Made by a program: the position numbers and the translations under genes
Origin: Methanocaldococcus sp. 16A
GTDB lineage: Archaea; AGJL01; Methanococci; Methanococcales; Methanocaldococcaceae
Length of the DNA: 64,000 nt
Direction: 5' to 3' (one strand)
Assembly: GCA_049860595.1 (NCBI GenBank)
Contig: CP187551.1
Shown: piece by piece, positions 45,084 to 55,039 of the stretch
How the letters are laid out: each line of letters begins with the position of its first letter
How positions within the stretch are numbered: the first letter of the stretch is position 1
Notes under the pieces: model-generated
What the model was told of the DNA's origin: nothing
What the model saw: only the letters and a program-made list of their open reading frames with translations
The model's database searches: none

Positions 45084-45931
45084 AACCATTGTATGAATTA
45101 AAGAATGTATCTTATCACTATCCCGATAAAACAGTAGCTTTGGATAATATTAATATGAAAATTTATGAAGGAGAGGTAGTGGCAATTATAGGACCAAATG
45201 GAGCTGGAAAAACTACGCTTTTAAAAATATTAGATGCCTTAGAATTTCCAAAAAAAGGAGAGGTATATTTTGAAGGAAAAAAATTAGAGGAAAGATTATT
45301 AAATAATAATGAATTTATGAAATATTTCAGAAAAAAGGTTGGATTTATATTTCAAGATCCAGATACTATGTTATTTAGCCCAACTGTTTGGGACGATGTG
45401 GCATTTGCTCCATTGCATCTTTATGATAAAGAGACAGCAATAAAAGTTACGGAAAAAATCATAAATGAAATGAATTTAAATCATATAAAAGATAAGCATC
45501 CCTACAACATTAGCGGTGGAGAAAAAAAGAAGTCATCAATTGCAGCTGTTTTATCAATAACCCCTGATGTCATACTTATGGATGAACCAACATCATATTT
45601 AGACCCAAAAAGTAGAAACTATATAATAGATTTAATAAAAAATTTAAAAAGTAAAAACAAAACTATAGTATTTGTTAGCCACGACCCAAATCTTATAACT
45701 CTCGCGGATAGATGTTATATTTTAAATAAAAAAATTATTGCTGAGGGAACTCCAAAAGAAATATTTAGCAATATAGAAATCTTAGAGAAAAATAATTTGG
45801 ATGTGCCTGAAATAACAAAATTATTTAAACTTCTATTAGAGGATAAAGATTTAAAAAATAAAATTGATACAAATAAATTACCTATAACAGTTGACGAGGC
45901 ATACACTATATTAAAGGATTTATTAAGATAG
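45080..45931 (+). CDS. nikO: ECF transporter ATPase (NikO/CbiO)
   Basis: GPNGAGKT; FQDPD; SGGEKK; DEPT. Confidence 0.88.
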   Translation: MKPLYELKNVSYHYPDKTVALDNINMKIYEGEVVAIIGPNGAGKTTLLKILDALEFPKKGEVYFEGKKLEERLLNNNEFMKYFRKKVGFIFQDPDTMLFSPTVWDDVAFAPLHLYDKETAIKVTEKIINEMNLNHIKDKHPYNISGGEKKKSSIAAVLSITPDVILMDEPTSYLDPKSRNYIIDLIKNLKSKNKTIVFVSHDPNLITLADRCYILNKKIIAEGTPKEIFSNIEILEKNNLDVPEITKLFKLLLEDKDLKNKIDTNKLPITVDEAYTILKDLLR

Positions 45932-45971
45932 ATATTTTATTTTTTTAATATTTTAACTTTTTGGTGAAAAA

Positions 45972-46406
45972 ATGGATATTTTTGAGAGGTTGAAATCTTT
46001 TGGAATAACTATTGATAGCTTATTAAATGCAGGAATGGCTTTGTATATAGGGAATGATGAAGAAAAGAATAAGGTTAAAGAAAAACTTAAAGAGATATTG
46101 CTTAAAGAGTTAAATAATCCCAATGTCTCAACTTTATTAATTGCAGCAATTTTATTGGATAAAGAAGGGAAAGCTAATAATTTGCCATTCAACTATAAAG
46201 AAGACCCCAATTATGTATATGTTGATGAAGTTATTGGCTTAGCTATAGCAAATGAAATTGCTGGAACAAAGGCAATATTCAACTTTAGATTTTATGATGC
46301 TAAAAAACCAGGGATAATTGGGAAATTGGACAAAGAAGGTTTTATGTTTTTGGATGATGCCATAGCTGGATTGTTAGCTGGCTGTATGAGTAAGGTGTTT
46401 GAATAA
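45972..46406 (+). CDS. Archaeal alpha-ribazole phosphatase CobZ / PgpA-like protein
   Basis: DE.IG.AIA..IAGTKA.FNF..YD..KPGI; FLDDAIAG. Confidence 0.7.
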   Translation: MDIFERLKSFGITIDSLLNAGMALYIGNDEEKNKVKEKLKEILLKELNNPNVSTLLIAAILLDKEGKANNLPFNYKEDPNYVYVDEVIGLAIANEIAGTKAIFNFRFYDAKKPGIIGKLDKEGFMFLDDAIAGLLAGCMSKVFE

Positions 46407-46416
46407 ATAAAAATAA

Positions 46417-47598
46417 TTATTTTGCAGCAGAAACTATTTTAATTATATCATTATGATTTAATTCGTAATCAGCTCCAACTCTAATTTTCTTCTTTGCATC
46501 TATTGCGTAAATAAATTTGTCTCCTAACTCTGTATGCACTTTATAAGCCAATTCCTTTGCAGTAGTACCTTTTTTAACTAAAAAAGCGTCTGGTAATACA
46601 TTACCTTGCTTATCTGAAAATTTATTCTCATCTTCAACTGGATAAACAACAATCATATTTAACAAATCAAAGTATGCTCTATTTATACACTCTTGAACTC
46701 CTGTTCCTCCATATTTCTCTAAAAACTCTTTTATATAATCAAAAGCCCTTCTCATTTGCTCATTCACTTTACTTTCATCAATTATCTCAAAGTCATTTCC
46801 TTTTCTTTTTATAATTCCAGCTTTTTCTGCTCTTTTTAAAGCCAACTCTATTTCTGCAGATGTAGGAATAACAATATAATCTTCAAACTCTTTCTTTAAC
46901 CTTTCAATATTCTTCTCTGCATCTGGATGGTCTGCTTTATTCGCTGCAATAATCATTGGCTTTGATATCTTTCTTAATTTTTTAGCCAAGTTTAGTAAAT
47001 CTTCTTCAGTCCATTTAATTGGGCTTTCATCCATATCTCTAATAGCCATCTTTATATCATCTTCATCTATATTCAACCCACTCAATTGGTCTTTTAAAGC
47101 CTTAACTATATTCTTTTCTTGCTGAGCTCTTCTTGCCAATTTATCCCAATTTTTAGTTAAAATTCCATAAATCCACATATCTATTTCATTTAACAAAAAT
47201 TTAACATCTTCAACCGGGTTATAGTTTTCTGTTGGATTTCCTTCAGCGTCTGTCTTTCCAGAGGCATCTACAACTAAGATAAATGCATCTGCTTGCCTTA
47301 AATCATCTAAGAACTTATTTCCCATTCCCCTACCTTCATGTGCTCCAGGAACTAAACCTGCAACATCTATCACTTCTACTGGAATATATCTTATCCCATC
47401 TATACATTTTGAATTTCTTGGATTACACTTTATATTTAATTCCTTACAAGGGCAAGGGCTTGTTATATATGCTATTCCCTTATTAGGGTTTATTGTTGTA
47501 AATGGATAATTCCCAATCTCAGCAGGCTTTTCAGTTAAAGCATTAAACATTGTTGATTTTCCTACATTTGGCTTTCCTACTAATCCAATCATTGCCAA
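46417..47598 (-). CDS. ychF: YchF/Obg-family ATPase with TGS domain
   Basis: GKPNVGKS; NYPFTTI; DVAGL; NKAD. Confidence 0.88.
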   Translation of the reverse strand: MAMIGLVGKPNVGKSTMFNALTEKPAEIGNYPFTTINPNKGIAYITSPCPCKELNIKCNPRNSKCIDGIRYIPVEVIDVAGLVPGAHEGRGMGNKFLDDLRQADAFILVVDASGKTDAEGNPTENYNPVEDVKFLLNEIDMWIYGILTKNWDKLARRAQQEKNIVKALKDQLSGLNIDEDDIKMAIRDMDESPIKWTEEDLLNLAKKLRKISKPMIIAANKADHPDAEKNIERLKKEFEDYIVIPTSAEIELALKRAEKAGIIKRKGNDFEIIDESKVNEQMRRAFDYIKEFLEKYGGTGVQECINRAYFDLLNMIVVYPVEDENKFSDKQGNVLPDAFLVKKGTTAKELAYKVHTELGDKFIYAIDAKKKIRVGADYELNHNDIIKIVSAAK

Positions 47599-47707
47599 GT
47601 TCTCACCGCTTTCTTGTGATTAATAAACAAAATTATTTATATAACAATAGTATGATAAAGTATTTGATATTATTGTTTATACATGTCATGAATTACATGG
47701 TGAAATA

Positions 47708-47959
47708 ATGCCTTCTGAAAAAATTCAAGAAATAATAAATGAATTAGATAATTTGAAAAATAGAGAAGGAAAATACATTGAGTTAATTGCTACAGTTGAA
47801 TATCTCTTAAACTTGGTAGAGCCTTCAAAAAGAGAAAAATTTAAAGAAGCATTGTATGATGCTGAAACTGTTGAAGATGTTTATGAGCTTATAAAAGCAA
47901 TAAAATTACAGCTTGGAATACAAGGTGCAAGAAGGTATTTATTATCTTCTACTGAGTAA
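47708..47959 (+). CDS. Hypothetical protein
   Basis: ORF with a GGTGA RBS. Confidence 0.7.
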   Translation: MPSEKIQEIINELDNLKNREGKYIELIATVEYLLNLVEPSKREKFKEALYDAETVEDVYELIKAIKLQLGIQGARRYLLSSTE

Positions 47960-47986
47960 TAATAAATTTATTTTATTATTTTTAAT

Positions 47987-48400
47987 TTAATTTGAGATGG
48001 AGAGTAATATAACTCCAATGATTATAAAAATTACACCAATCATCTGTGATATTGATAATGTCTCTTTTAAAAATAGTATTGATAAAGCTACTGTTATTGC
48101 TGGACCTATTGATGATAATGGAACTACAATACTCGCTTTTCCTTTATATAATGCATAATATAACAATAAAGAGCCAACCACTACCAATACTGCTGATATT
48201 ATCGCATAAGTAAGAATTTTTTGCTCAGTTATAATTATATTTTTATATTTGATTAGTATAAATATACATAATATAATTCCAACTATATTTACCACTATCC
48301 ATTGAAATAAAGGGTTTTTTTCACAAACGATTTTTGCAAAAAATGTCCCAATACCATAAAATACAGCAACTAAGAGACCTAAAATTATAGCAATATCCAT
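47987..48400 (-). CDS. EamA/DMT-family membrane protein
   Basis: ALYKGKASIVVPL; LFLKE.LS..Q..G. Confidence 0.85.
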   Translation of the reverse strand: MDIAIILGLLVAVFYGIGTFFAKIVCEKNPLFQWIVVNIVGIILCIFILIKYKNIIITEQKILTYAIISAVLVVVGSLLLYYALYKGKASIVVPLSSIGPAITVALSILFLKETLSISQMIGVIFIIIGVILLSISN

Positions 48401-48464
48401 AATATCCCACAAAAATTATAGTTTTATGATAAATATAATAACAAATAAAATATTATTTAAAAAA

Positions 48465-49316
48465 TTATAGATTCTTAACAAACTCCTTTAAAAATTCTTT
48501 AAATTCTGGACACTTTTCAACACCAATCTCTACATTTGCTTTCAACCATCCAAGAACATCTCCAATATCGTATCTCTTACAGTTAATTTCAACTCCTATA
48601 ATATCTTCCTCTTTTAATAACAAGTTCATAGCATCTGTAATTTGAACTTCTCCCCCTCTTCCTGGTGGAGTTTGTTTAATTTTTTCAAATATTTTTGGAG
48701 AGAGTAAATAAGCCCCTGTTATAATTAAATTTGAAGGAGCTTCTTCTACTTTTGGTTTTTCTACCATATTTTTTATTTTATAAATTCCTTCCTCTATTTC
48801 TTCCCCATCAATTACTCCATACTTATAAACATCTTCCTTAGGAACTCTCTCTAAGGCTATAACTGAACAACCATATTTTTCATGGGCTTTTATTAAATCT
48901 TTTACAATATTTTTAGAGTAAATTGTATCTCCAACCATTGCTATAAAGTATTCTTCTCCAACAAACTTCTCTCCGTATAAAATAGCATCTCCCAACCCTT
49001 TCTGCTCTTTCTGCCTTACATAAAAAATATTTCCTAAATTATCAATTTCTTTAATAATTTTTAAAAGCTCAAATTTTCCAGATTTTTCTAATTTACATTC
49101 TAACTCATAATTCATATCAAAATGATTTTCTATTGCATGCTTTCCCTTTCCTGTTACAAATAAAATATCTCTTATTCCTGCTTCCACCAAATCTTCAACA
49201 ACATACTGGACTATTGGCTTATTAACTACTGGAAGCATCTCTTTTGGTTGTGCCTTAGTTATTGGCAACAATCGGGTTCCAAAACCTGCTACTGGAATCA
49301 CGGCTTTCTTTATCAT
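48465..49316 (-). CDS. galU: UTP--glucose-1-phosphate uridylyltransferase
   Basis: KAVIPVAGFGTRLLPITKAQPKEM; VEKP; EVQITDA. Confidence 0.95.
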   Translation of the reverse strand: MIKKAVIPVAGFGTRLLPITKAQPKEMLPVVNKPIVQYVVEDLVEAGIRDILFVTGKGKHAIENHFDMNYELECKLEKSGKFELLKIIKEIDNLGNIFYVRQKEQKGLGDAILYGEKFVGEEYFIAMVGDTIYSKNIVKDLIKAHEKYGCSVIALERVPKEDVYKYGVIDGEEIEEGIYKIKNMVEKPKVEEAPSNLIITGAYLLSPKIFEKIKQTPPGRGGEVQITDAMNLLLKEEDIIGVEINCKRYDIGDVLGWLKANVEIGVEKCPEFKEFLKEFVKNL

Positions 49317-49408
49317 GTTCTCCCTTTAAGTAAATTTATTTAAAGTAATAGTTATATTTTATTTATTGGGTGTATAAATAACTTTCAAAAAATGTGTAGG
49401 TGGAAGAG

Positions 49409-51196
49409 ATGCTGAATAGGTTGAAATATTATCTCATTATTTTTGTTGTTTTATCTTTATCTATAGCTAATGCCCAAAATCATATAAATCCAGAAGAGTT
49501 AGAGAAAGATGATGAATTTACCTACAACTATTTTAATGATATTCTTAAAGAATTTGCAGATGTTTTGAATGAGATGGTTTTTGATAATCCAGAGTATTTA
49601 AATGATTCAATAGATATTTATAAAAAACTTGAAAAAACACGAGAGGAGATATTAATATATAAGTCAAAAAATATAGAGAGTCCTTCAGAATATATTATTA
49701 ATCCCTTTTATGAATTTTCAAAAGAGCTTATGCATTTATGTGAGTTGAATAAAGAGTTAGAAGATGATTTATCTAAAAATACAACTGACAGTTTGCATAC
49801 TGCAACATTAAAAATTGTTGAAATAGATAAAACGATAAATAATATGGAAACACTGTTAGATGAAATAGATAATATCTCTATATTAAAGAAAGGAAATGAA
49901 ACGTTAAAGTTTAATACCTTAGATGTTAGAAAATATTTGGAATTGTATAAGAAGAGGTTTTCAAAATATGAAAACATAACAATAACAAATCTAACAATAG
50001 ATGTATCAAACAAAAATCCTGTATTATTTGAAAATATAACAATATATGGAATTGGAGAGAATGGATACGTTATAATACATATAGATAATGAAGAAAATAA
50101 AACTTACAATCTAACAGTAAAAAATCATTCATTTCTAATGAAGTATAGCTTTAATAGGACCGGAATCTATAAAATATATGCTACACAAAATGGGAATATG
50201 TCTAATATAGTTTATGTTAATGTGTCAAGGATTCCAAGTTATATAGTTGTAGATAATAACTACACAGCTTATGTTGGTGAGGAAATAAAAATTAATGGAA
50301 AGTTAATAGATTACTATGGAAATCCTATAAAAAATACTACAATCTTTGTAAATAATAAAATTATACATGTAGATGATAATGGAACATTTACTATTGTTGA
50401 GTTTTCTCTAATACCATTATTGAAACACATTAATTTAATATTTAAAGGAAATGAAATTTATAAACCAGCTAATAAAACAGTTAATGTTGAGTTTTTAAAG
50501 TATCCTGTAAAAATAACTATCTATACAGATAAAAACAACATCTCTATTAATGAACCATTAACGATTTATGGTAATGTTGAGGGATTAAAGAGAACTTCTG
50601 ACATTTGTATATTTGTTAATGACAATTTATATAAAATAGTAAAAACTAATGGAACTTTTAAGACGAATATATCCTTTAACTCCTCGGGAGATTATGTAAT
50701 TTATGCGTTTTATAATGGAGATGAGTACCATGAAAGTTGTAAATCAAACATTATAAAAATTCATGTTAAAGAAAATTCTCCTATAGTATTTATTATATTA
50801 GGAATTGTAGCATTGGGATTGATAATTGGTTATCTATATAAAAATAAAGTATCTAAACAGCCTAAGTATGATGAAGAGGAAATAGTTGTTAAAGAGAGTA
50901 TTGTAGAACCTAAAGAAGTAGAAGAAAAAAATGACGAAGAAATACCTAATGATATTAGAGAAGCGTATAAATTTATTTTCAATAAAATTACATCAAGATA
51001 TAATTTGCCAAAAAATCTAACTCCAAGAGAACTTCTCAACATTATAAAAGAGAAAAAACCTGATTTATATGATGATTTGAAGATTATAACTAAAATTCAT
51101 GAAAATTGTGTTTATAGAGGAATTGAAGTTAATTCCAGTTTAAGAGAAGAGTTTTTTAAAAGAATAAATAAAATCTTGAGGGAAATTAATGAATAA
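49409..51196 (+). CDS. Secreted Ig-like-repeat membrane protein with DUF4129-like C-terminus
   Basis: Signal peptide, Ig-like repeats (Y.G...Y), TM helix, LTPRE..HE..VY tail. Confidence 0.7.
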   Translation: MLNRLKYYLIIFVVLSLSIANAQNHINPEELEKDDEFTYNYFNDILKEFADVLNEMVFDNPEYLNDSIDIYKKLEKTREEILIYKSKNIESPSEYIINPFYEFSKELMHLCELNKELEDDLSKNTTDSLHTATLKIVEIDKTINNMETLLDEIDNISILKKGNETLKFNTLDVRKYLELYKKRFSKYENITITNLTIDVSNKNPVLFENITIYGIGENGYVIIHIDNEENKTYNLTVKNHSFLMKYSFNRTGIYKIYATQNGNMSNIVYVNVSRIPSYIVVDNNYTAYVGEEIKINGKLIDYYGNPIKNTTIFVNNKIIHVDDNGTFTIVEFSLIPLLKHINLIFKGNEIYKPANKTVNVEFLKYPVKITIYTDKNNISINEPLTIYGNVEGLKRTSDICIFVNDNLYKIVKTNGTFKTNISFNSSGDYVIYAFYNGDEYHESCKSNIIKIHVKENSPIVFIILGIVALGLIIGYLYKNKVSKQPKYDEEEIVVKESIVEPKEVEEKNDEEIPNDIREAYKFIFNKITSRYNLPKNLTPRELLNIIKEKKPDLYDDLKIITKIHENCVYRGIEVNSSLREEFFKRINKILREINE

Positions 51197-52178
51197 GTAT
51201 TTGAAATATGTGATTCTTGCATGTATTGGAGTGGCGTTGTTATCTTTACCTGTTGGAGTACCTACAATAAAAACTTTTGCTGATTATAGTATATTTAATA
51301 CAAAATGGAACGGATGTTCAAAATTTGCCAAGATGGTTTACGAAAAAGGAAAAATAACTCCTTTAATCTCCCCTTACAACACCTATGATTTTTCAAAAAT
51401 GAATGGTGTTTTGTTTATTATTGGGCCTAATCTTGATTTTTCTAAGTATGAAATTGAAAATATAAAAAAATTTTTAGAAAATGGAAATACAGTTGTTATA
51501 GCGGATGATTTTGGCACAGCAAATGAAATTCTTAAAGGTTTAAATTTATCATTGAGAATATCAAATACTAAGGTTAATGACCTCTTTTATTATAAAAATG
51601 ATAATTTAATAGTAACATGCAAAGTTAAAAATTTCAATGGAAATGTTACATTGAATATTCCAGCATATATTAACGCAAATAATGGTATAATATTAACAAG
51701 TTCCGTTTCTGTTAGCAAAGGTAAACAAAGGGCTTATCCAATAATGGTTGAAACCAACTACTCAAATGGAAAGATTATTATAATCTCAGACCCTGACATT
51801 TTTATAAATGGAATGTATAAATTTAATAGTAAATTTTGGGAAGATTTTTTAAGACATATAAACGCTGGGACTTATTATTTTGATGAGGTTCATCATTCAG
51901 GATTTAGTCCTTATGATATTGGTGTTGTTTATATACACAGTTCAGTCTCAAAAAATGAAATGTTTATAATATTTTTTATTGTAATGGTTTTTGGGTATTT
52001 AAATGAAAGTGGATTTCTTGTTAAGATACTTAATAGATTAGCTAAGGTTTTAAACAGAGGAAATAATTTAGATATTAAAAAAATTGCTGAAGAAAACAAC
52101 ATTAATTATGAAGATTTGAAAGAGTTCCTTGAAATAGTTAGAGAAGGTAGAAAATATGGAAGGAAAAGAGTTTCTTAA
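51189..52178 (+). CDS. DUF4350 domain protein
   Basis: YS.FN..WNG.S; IADDFG; SDPDIFIN.M; FDE.H. Confidence 0.8.
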   Translation: MNKYLKYVILACIGVALLSLPVGVPTIKTFADYSIFNTKWNGCSKFAKMVYEKGKITPLISPYNTYDFSKMNGVLFIIGPNLDFSKYEIENIKKFLENGNTVVIADDFGTANEILKGLNLSLRISNTKVNDLFYYKNDNLIVTCKVKNFNGNVTLNIPAYINANNGIILTSSVSVSKGKQRAYPIMVETNYSNGKIIIISDPDIFINGMYKFNSKFWEDFLRHINAGTYYFDEVHHSGFSPYDIGVVYIHSSVSKNEMFIIFFIVMVFGYLNESGFLVKILNRLAKVLNRGNNLDIKKIAEENNINYEDLKEFLEIVREGRKYGRKRVS

Positions 52179-53085
52179 AAAAATAGAAAAAGAAATGGAA
52201 AAATGTATTGTCGGAAAAAAAGAGGTTATAAAACTTTTAACAATAGCTTTATTAGCTAATGGGCATGTCCTATTGGAAGGGAATCCAGGAATTGCGAAAA
52301 CAACAATAGCCAAAAATTTTGCAAAGTTATTTGGCTTAAAATTTTCAAGAATACAACTGACTCCAGATACAATGCCAAGTGACATTATTGGGATAAATTA
52401 TTATAATCAAAAGACTGGAAACTTTGAGATTAAAAAAGGCCCAATATTTGCAAATATTGTGTTGGCAGATGAGATAAATAGAACTCCTCCAAAAACACAA
52501 TCCGCTTTATTGGAGGCTATGCAAGAAAGACAAGTAACTATTGAAGGAAATGTTTTTGAACTTCCTAAGCCATTTATGCTAATAGCAACAAAAAATCCAA
52601 TAGAGCATGAAGGTGTTTATGAACTACCTGAAGCACAGTTAGATAGGTTTATGTTTAAGATTAATTTAGAGTATCCTAAGAAGGATGAAGAAATTGAAAT
52701 GTTAAAAAAGAAACATTTAGGTAATTTTTGGGAAGTAAATTCCGTAATATCGGAGGTTGATTTAAAGTATGCATACATTGGAGTTAAAGATGTTCATGTA
52801 AGTGATGAGATTTTGGAATATATAGTTAATATTGTTAATGCAACAAGGACTGATGATAGATTGCTTTATGGTGCTTCCCCAAGAGCTTCGGAGCATTTAC
52901 TATTTGCCTCAAAGGCCTTAGCTTTTTTAAATGGAAGGAAGTATGTTATTCCAGATGATGTTAAAGAACTTGCATTCTATGTTTTAAATCATAAAATTAG
53001 AGTTAAGGCAGAGTATGAAATGGAAGATATTAATGTAAAAGATGTTATTGAAGATATATTAAAAAACACTGAAGTTCCAAAGTGA
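52156..53085 (+). CDS. MoxR-family AAA+ ATPase
   Basis: GHVLLEGNPGIAKT; RIQLTPD; DEINR; LPEAQLDRF; GASPR. Confidence 0.92.
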   Translation: MEGKEFLKKIEKEMEKCIVGKKEVIKLLTIALLANGHVLLEGNPGIAKTTIAKNFAKLFGLKFSRIQLTPDTMPSDIIGINYYNQKTGNFEIKKGPIFANIVLADEINRTPPKTQSALLEAMQERQVTIEGNVFELPKPFMLIATKNPIEHEGVYELPEAQLDRFMFKINLEYPKKDEEIEMLKKKHLGNFWEVNSVISEVDLKYAYIGVKDVHVSDEILEYIVNIVNATRTDDRLLYGASPRASEHLLFASKALAFLNGRKYVIPDDVKELAFYVLNHKIRVKAEYEMEDINVKDVIEDILKNTEVPK

Positions 53086-53090
53086 TTTTT

Positions 53091-54389
53091 ATGAATAAAG
53101 AAGATTTGTTAATTTTTACAAGTATTTTATTATTTGCTCAAGGATATTTATTTGTTAATGTAATTCCCCCACTACTTGGATTGAGTATTATTTTGTTTTT
53201 ATTGGGTTTGAGATATTCATTCAATCCATTAATTAGTTGTGATGTTGAAATATTAAATAAAGAGGTTATTGAAAATGATGAAATAAGGTTTATATTTAAG
53301 ATAAAGAATATGTCAAAAATTCCTTTAAAAATTAGAATTTTTGGAAGTAATGATGATTTTTTTTGGGAGGTTCCAAGTTTGTTGTTAAATTCTGGAGAGT
53401 ATAGAGAGGCTGAGGTTAAATTAAAACCTAAGAAAAAGGGCAGTTTTACAATTAAAGAATTCATCTTAAAAGTTTGTGATGTTTATGAAATATACTCCAA
53501 AGACATCTTTATAAAAAAGGAATTTACTGTAAATGTATATCCATCTATTGATAGTATTAAAAAGGGAGTTATAAGAGATAAAAATATAAAACTTGGTATG
53601 GATGCGTTGACATCACTAAAAATTGGTATGAGAAGTTTAGAGTTTGATTCTTTGAGGGAATATCAAATAGGAGATGACATTAAATATATTGATTGGAAGG
53701 CAACGGCAAAAACAGGGGAGTTGATAGTAAGAGAATTTTTGAGGGAACATTATGGAGATTTATATATCCTTGTGGATGTTAGTAGAGAGTTTCTAAAAGA
53801 GATTACTTCAAAGAAATCAAAGGTTGATTATTTGAGTTTGTTGATATCTCAATTAGCTTATTTCTTCACATCAAAAAATATAAACTTTGAAATAATATTC
53901 TTTGATAATGTTAAAGTTAAAAAGACAATATCTAATCCTAAAATTGAAGTTATAAAAAATTTTATTGAAGAACTTAAACCTTCAAAGGGGATTCCAAGTT
54001 TAAAAATTTCTTTTGAGAATAAAATAAATTTAAAATTTTTAAAGTTCGTATCTCCATTATTAAAGGGTTCTATTAGTGGAATTACATTGGCATCCAATAA
54101 AGTAAAACCAAATAGTTCAGTTATTATTATAACTGATATTGGGTTAAGAGGGAGGGAATTGGTAGGGGTTATTAATAATCTCAAAAAGAAAAATGTTAAA
54201 GTATATGTTTTATCCTTAAATCCAATACTGTTTATTGATGAGGATAGATTGGATGAATATAATATCCCAAAACTTTATAGAAGATATATTGAGAGGGAGG
54301 AGTTGATTAAAAAGATAACATCTCTTTGTCCTATTTTAGATGTAGGTCCTGGAGATTTAGTTGATAATATGTTGGAGGGCATAAAATGA
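53091..54389 (+). CDS. DUF58 (VWA-like) protein
   Basis: EFDSLREYQIGDDIKYIDWKATA; ILVDVS. Confidence 0.88.
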   Translation: MNKEDLLIFTSILLFAQGYLFVNVIPPLLGLSIILFLLGLRYSFNPLISCDVEILNKEVIENDEIRFIFKIKNMSKIPLKIRIFGSNDDFFWEVPSLLLNSGEYREAEVKLKPKKKGSFTIKEFILKVCDVYEIYSKDIFIKKEFTVNVYPSIDSIKKGVIRDKNIKLGMDALTSLKIGMRSLEFDSLREYQIGDDIKYIDWKATAKTGELIVREFLREHYGDLYILVDVSREFLKEITSKKSKVDYLSLLISQLAYFFTSKNINFEIIFFDNVKVKKTISNPKIEVIKNFIEELKPSKGIPSLKISFENKINLKFLKFVSPLLKGSISGITLASNKVKPNSSVIIITDIGLRGRELVGVINNLKKKNVKVYVLSLNPILFIDEDRLDEYNIPKLYRRYIEREELIKKITSLCPILDVGPGDLVDNMLEGIK

Positions 54390-54916
54390 AAATAAACTTA
54401 ACTTCTTTAATTTGTGCAATTGTTGGGGGATTGTTTATTAACTTTTATGCTCCAATTTTTCTTGTATTTGTTTATGTTTTAAAGAATTTTAATAAAAATC
54501 TATCTTTATTTGTTTTTATTTTTTATTTATTATTTATTGGGTTTTTAGTTAGTTTTAAATCCTTATATACAAATTGGGAAGTAATATTTTTTGTAGTAAT
54601 TCCACATCTACTTATTTTAAGAGATATGTTGAAAGAGGTAGAGGATAATCAAAATATTATTGTTGCATTTATGTTGTTGTTGAGTTATTTTTATAAGTAT
54701 TTATTTTTTATTTTAGTTTTATACCTATTATTTAATGCTTTTTATAAAGAATTTGATATAAGGGGAGTTATTATTCCTATAGGGTTTGTTATATTGGGAA
54801 TTTTTATCTTTTGGCAATACATTAATTTGTTGAGTTATGATTATTTAACTCAAGTTATGGTTTTAATTGGAATTGGATTAGTTTCATTCTTTATATTCTT
54901 GTTTAAAAAAGAATGA
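54386..54916 (+). CDS. Hypothetical integral membrane protein
   Basis: Highly hydrophobic; ATGA overlap with the DUF58 gene. Confidence 0.7.
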   Translation: MKINLTSLICAIVGGLFINFYAPIFLVFVYVLKNFNKNLSLFVFIFYLLFIGFLVSFKSLYTNWEVIFFVVIPHLLILRDMLKEVEDNQNIIVAFMLLLSYFYKYLFFILVLYLLFNAFYKEFDIRGVIIPIGFVILGIFIFWQYINLLSYDYLTQVMVLIGIGLVSFFIFLFKKE

Positions 54917-55039
54917 TTGATTTTAGAGGAAATAATTATTACGCTATTAAAAGACTAAATTATTTATATGACATATATATGACTCATAAATAATAAATTC
55001 ACAAATATTACGAACTATAAATTTTATAAGGTGAAACTA

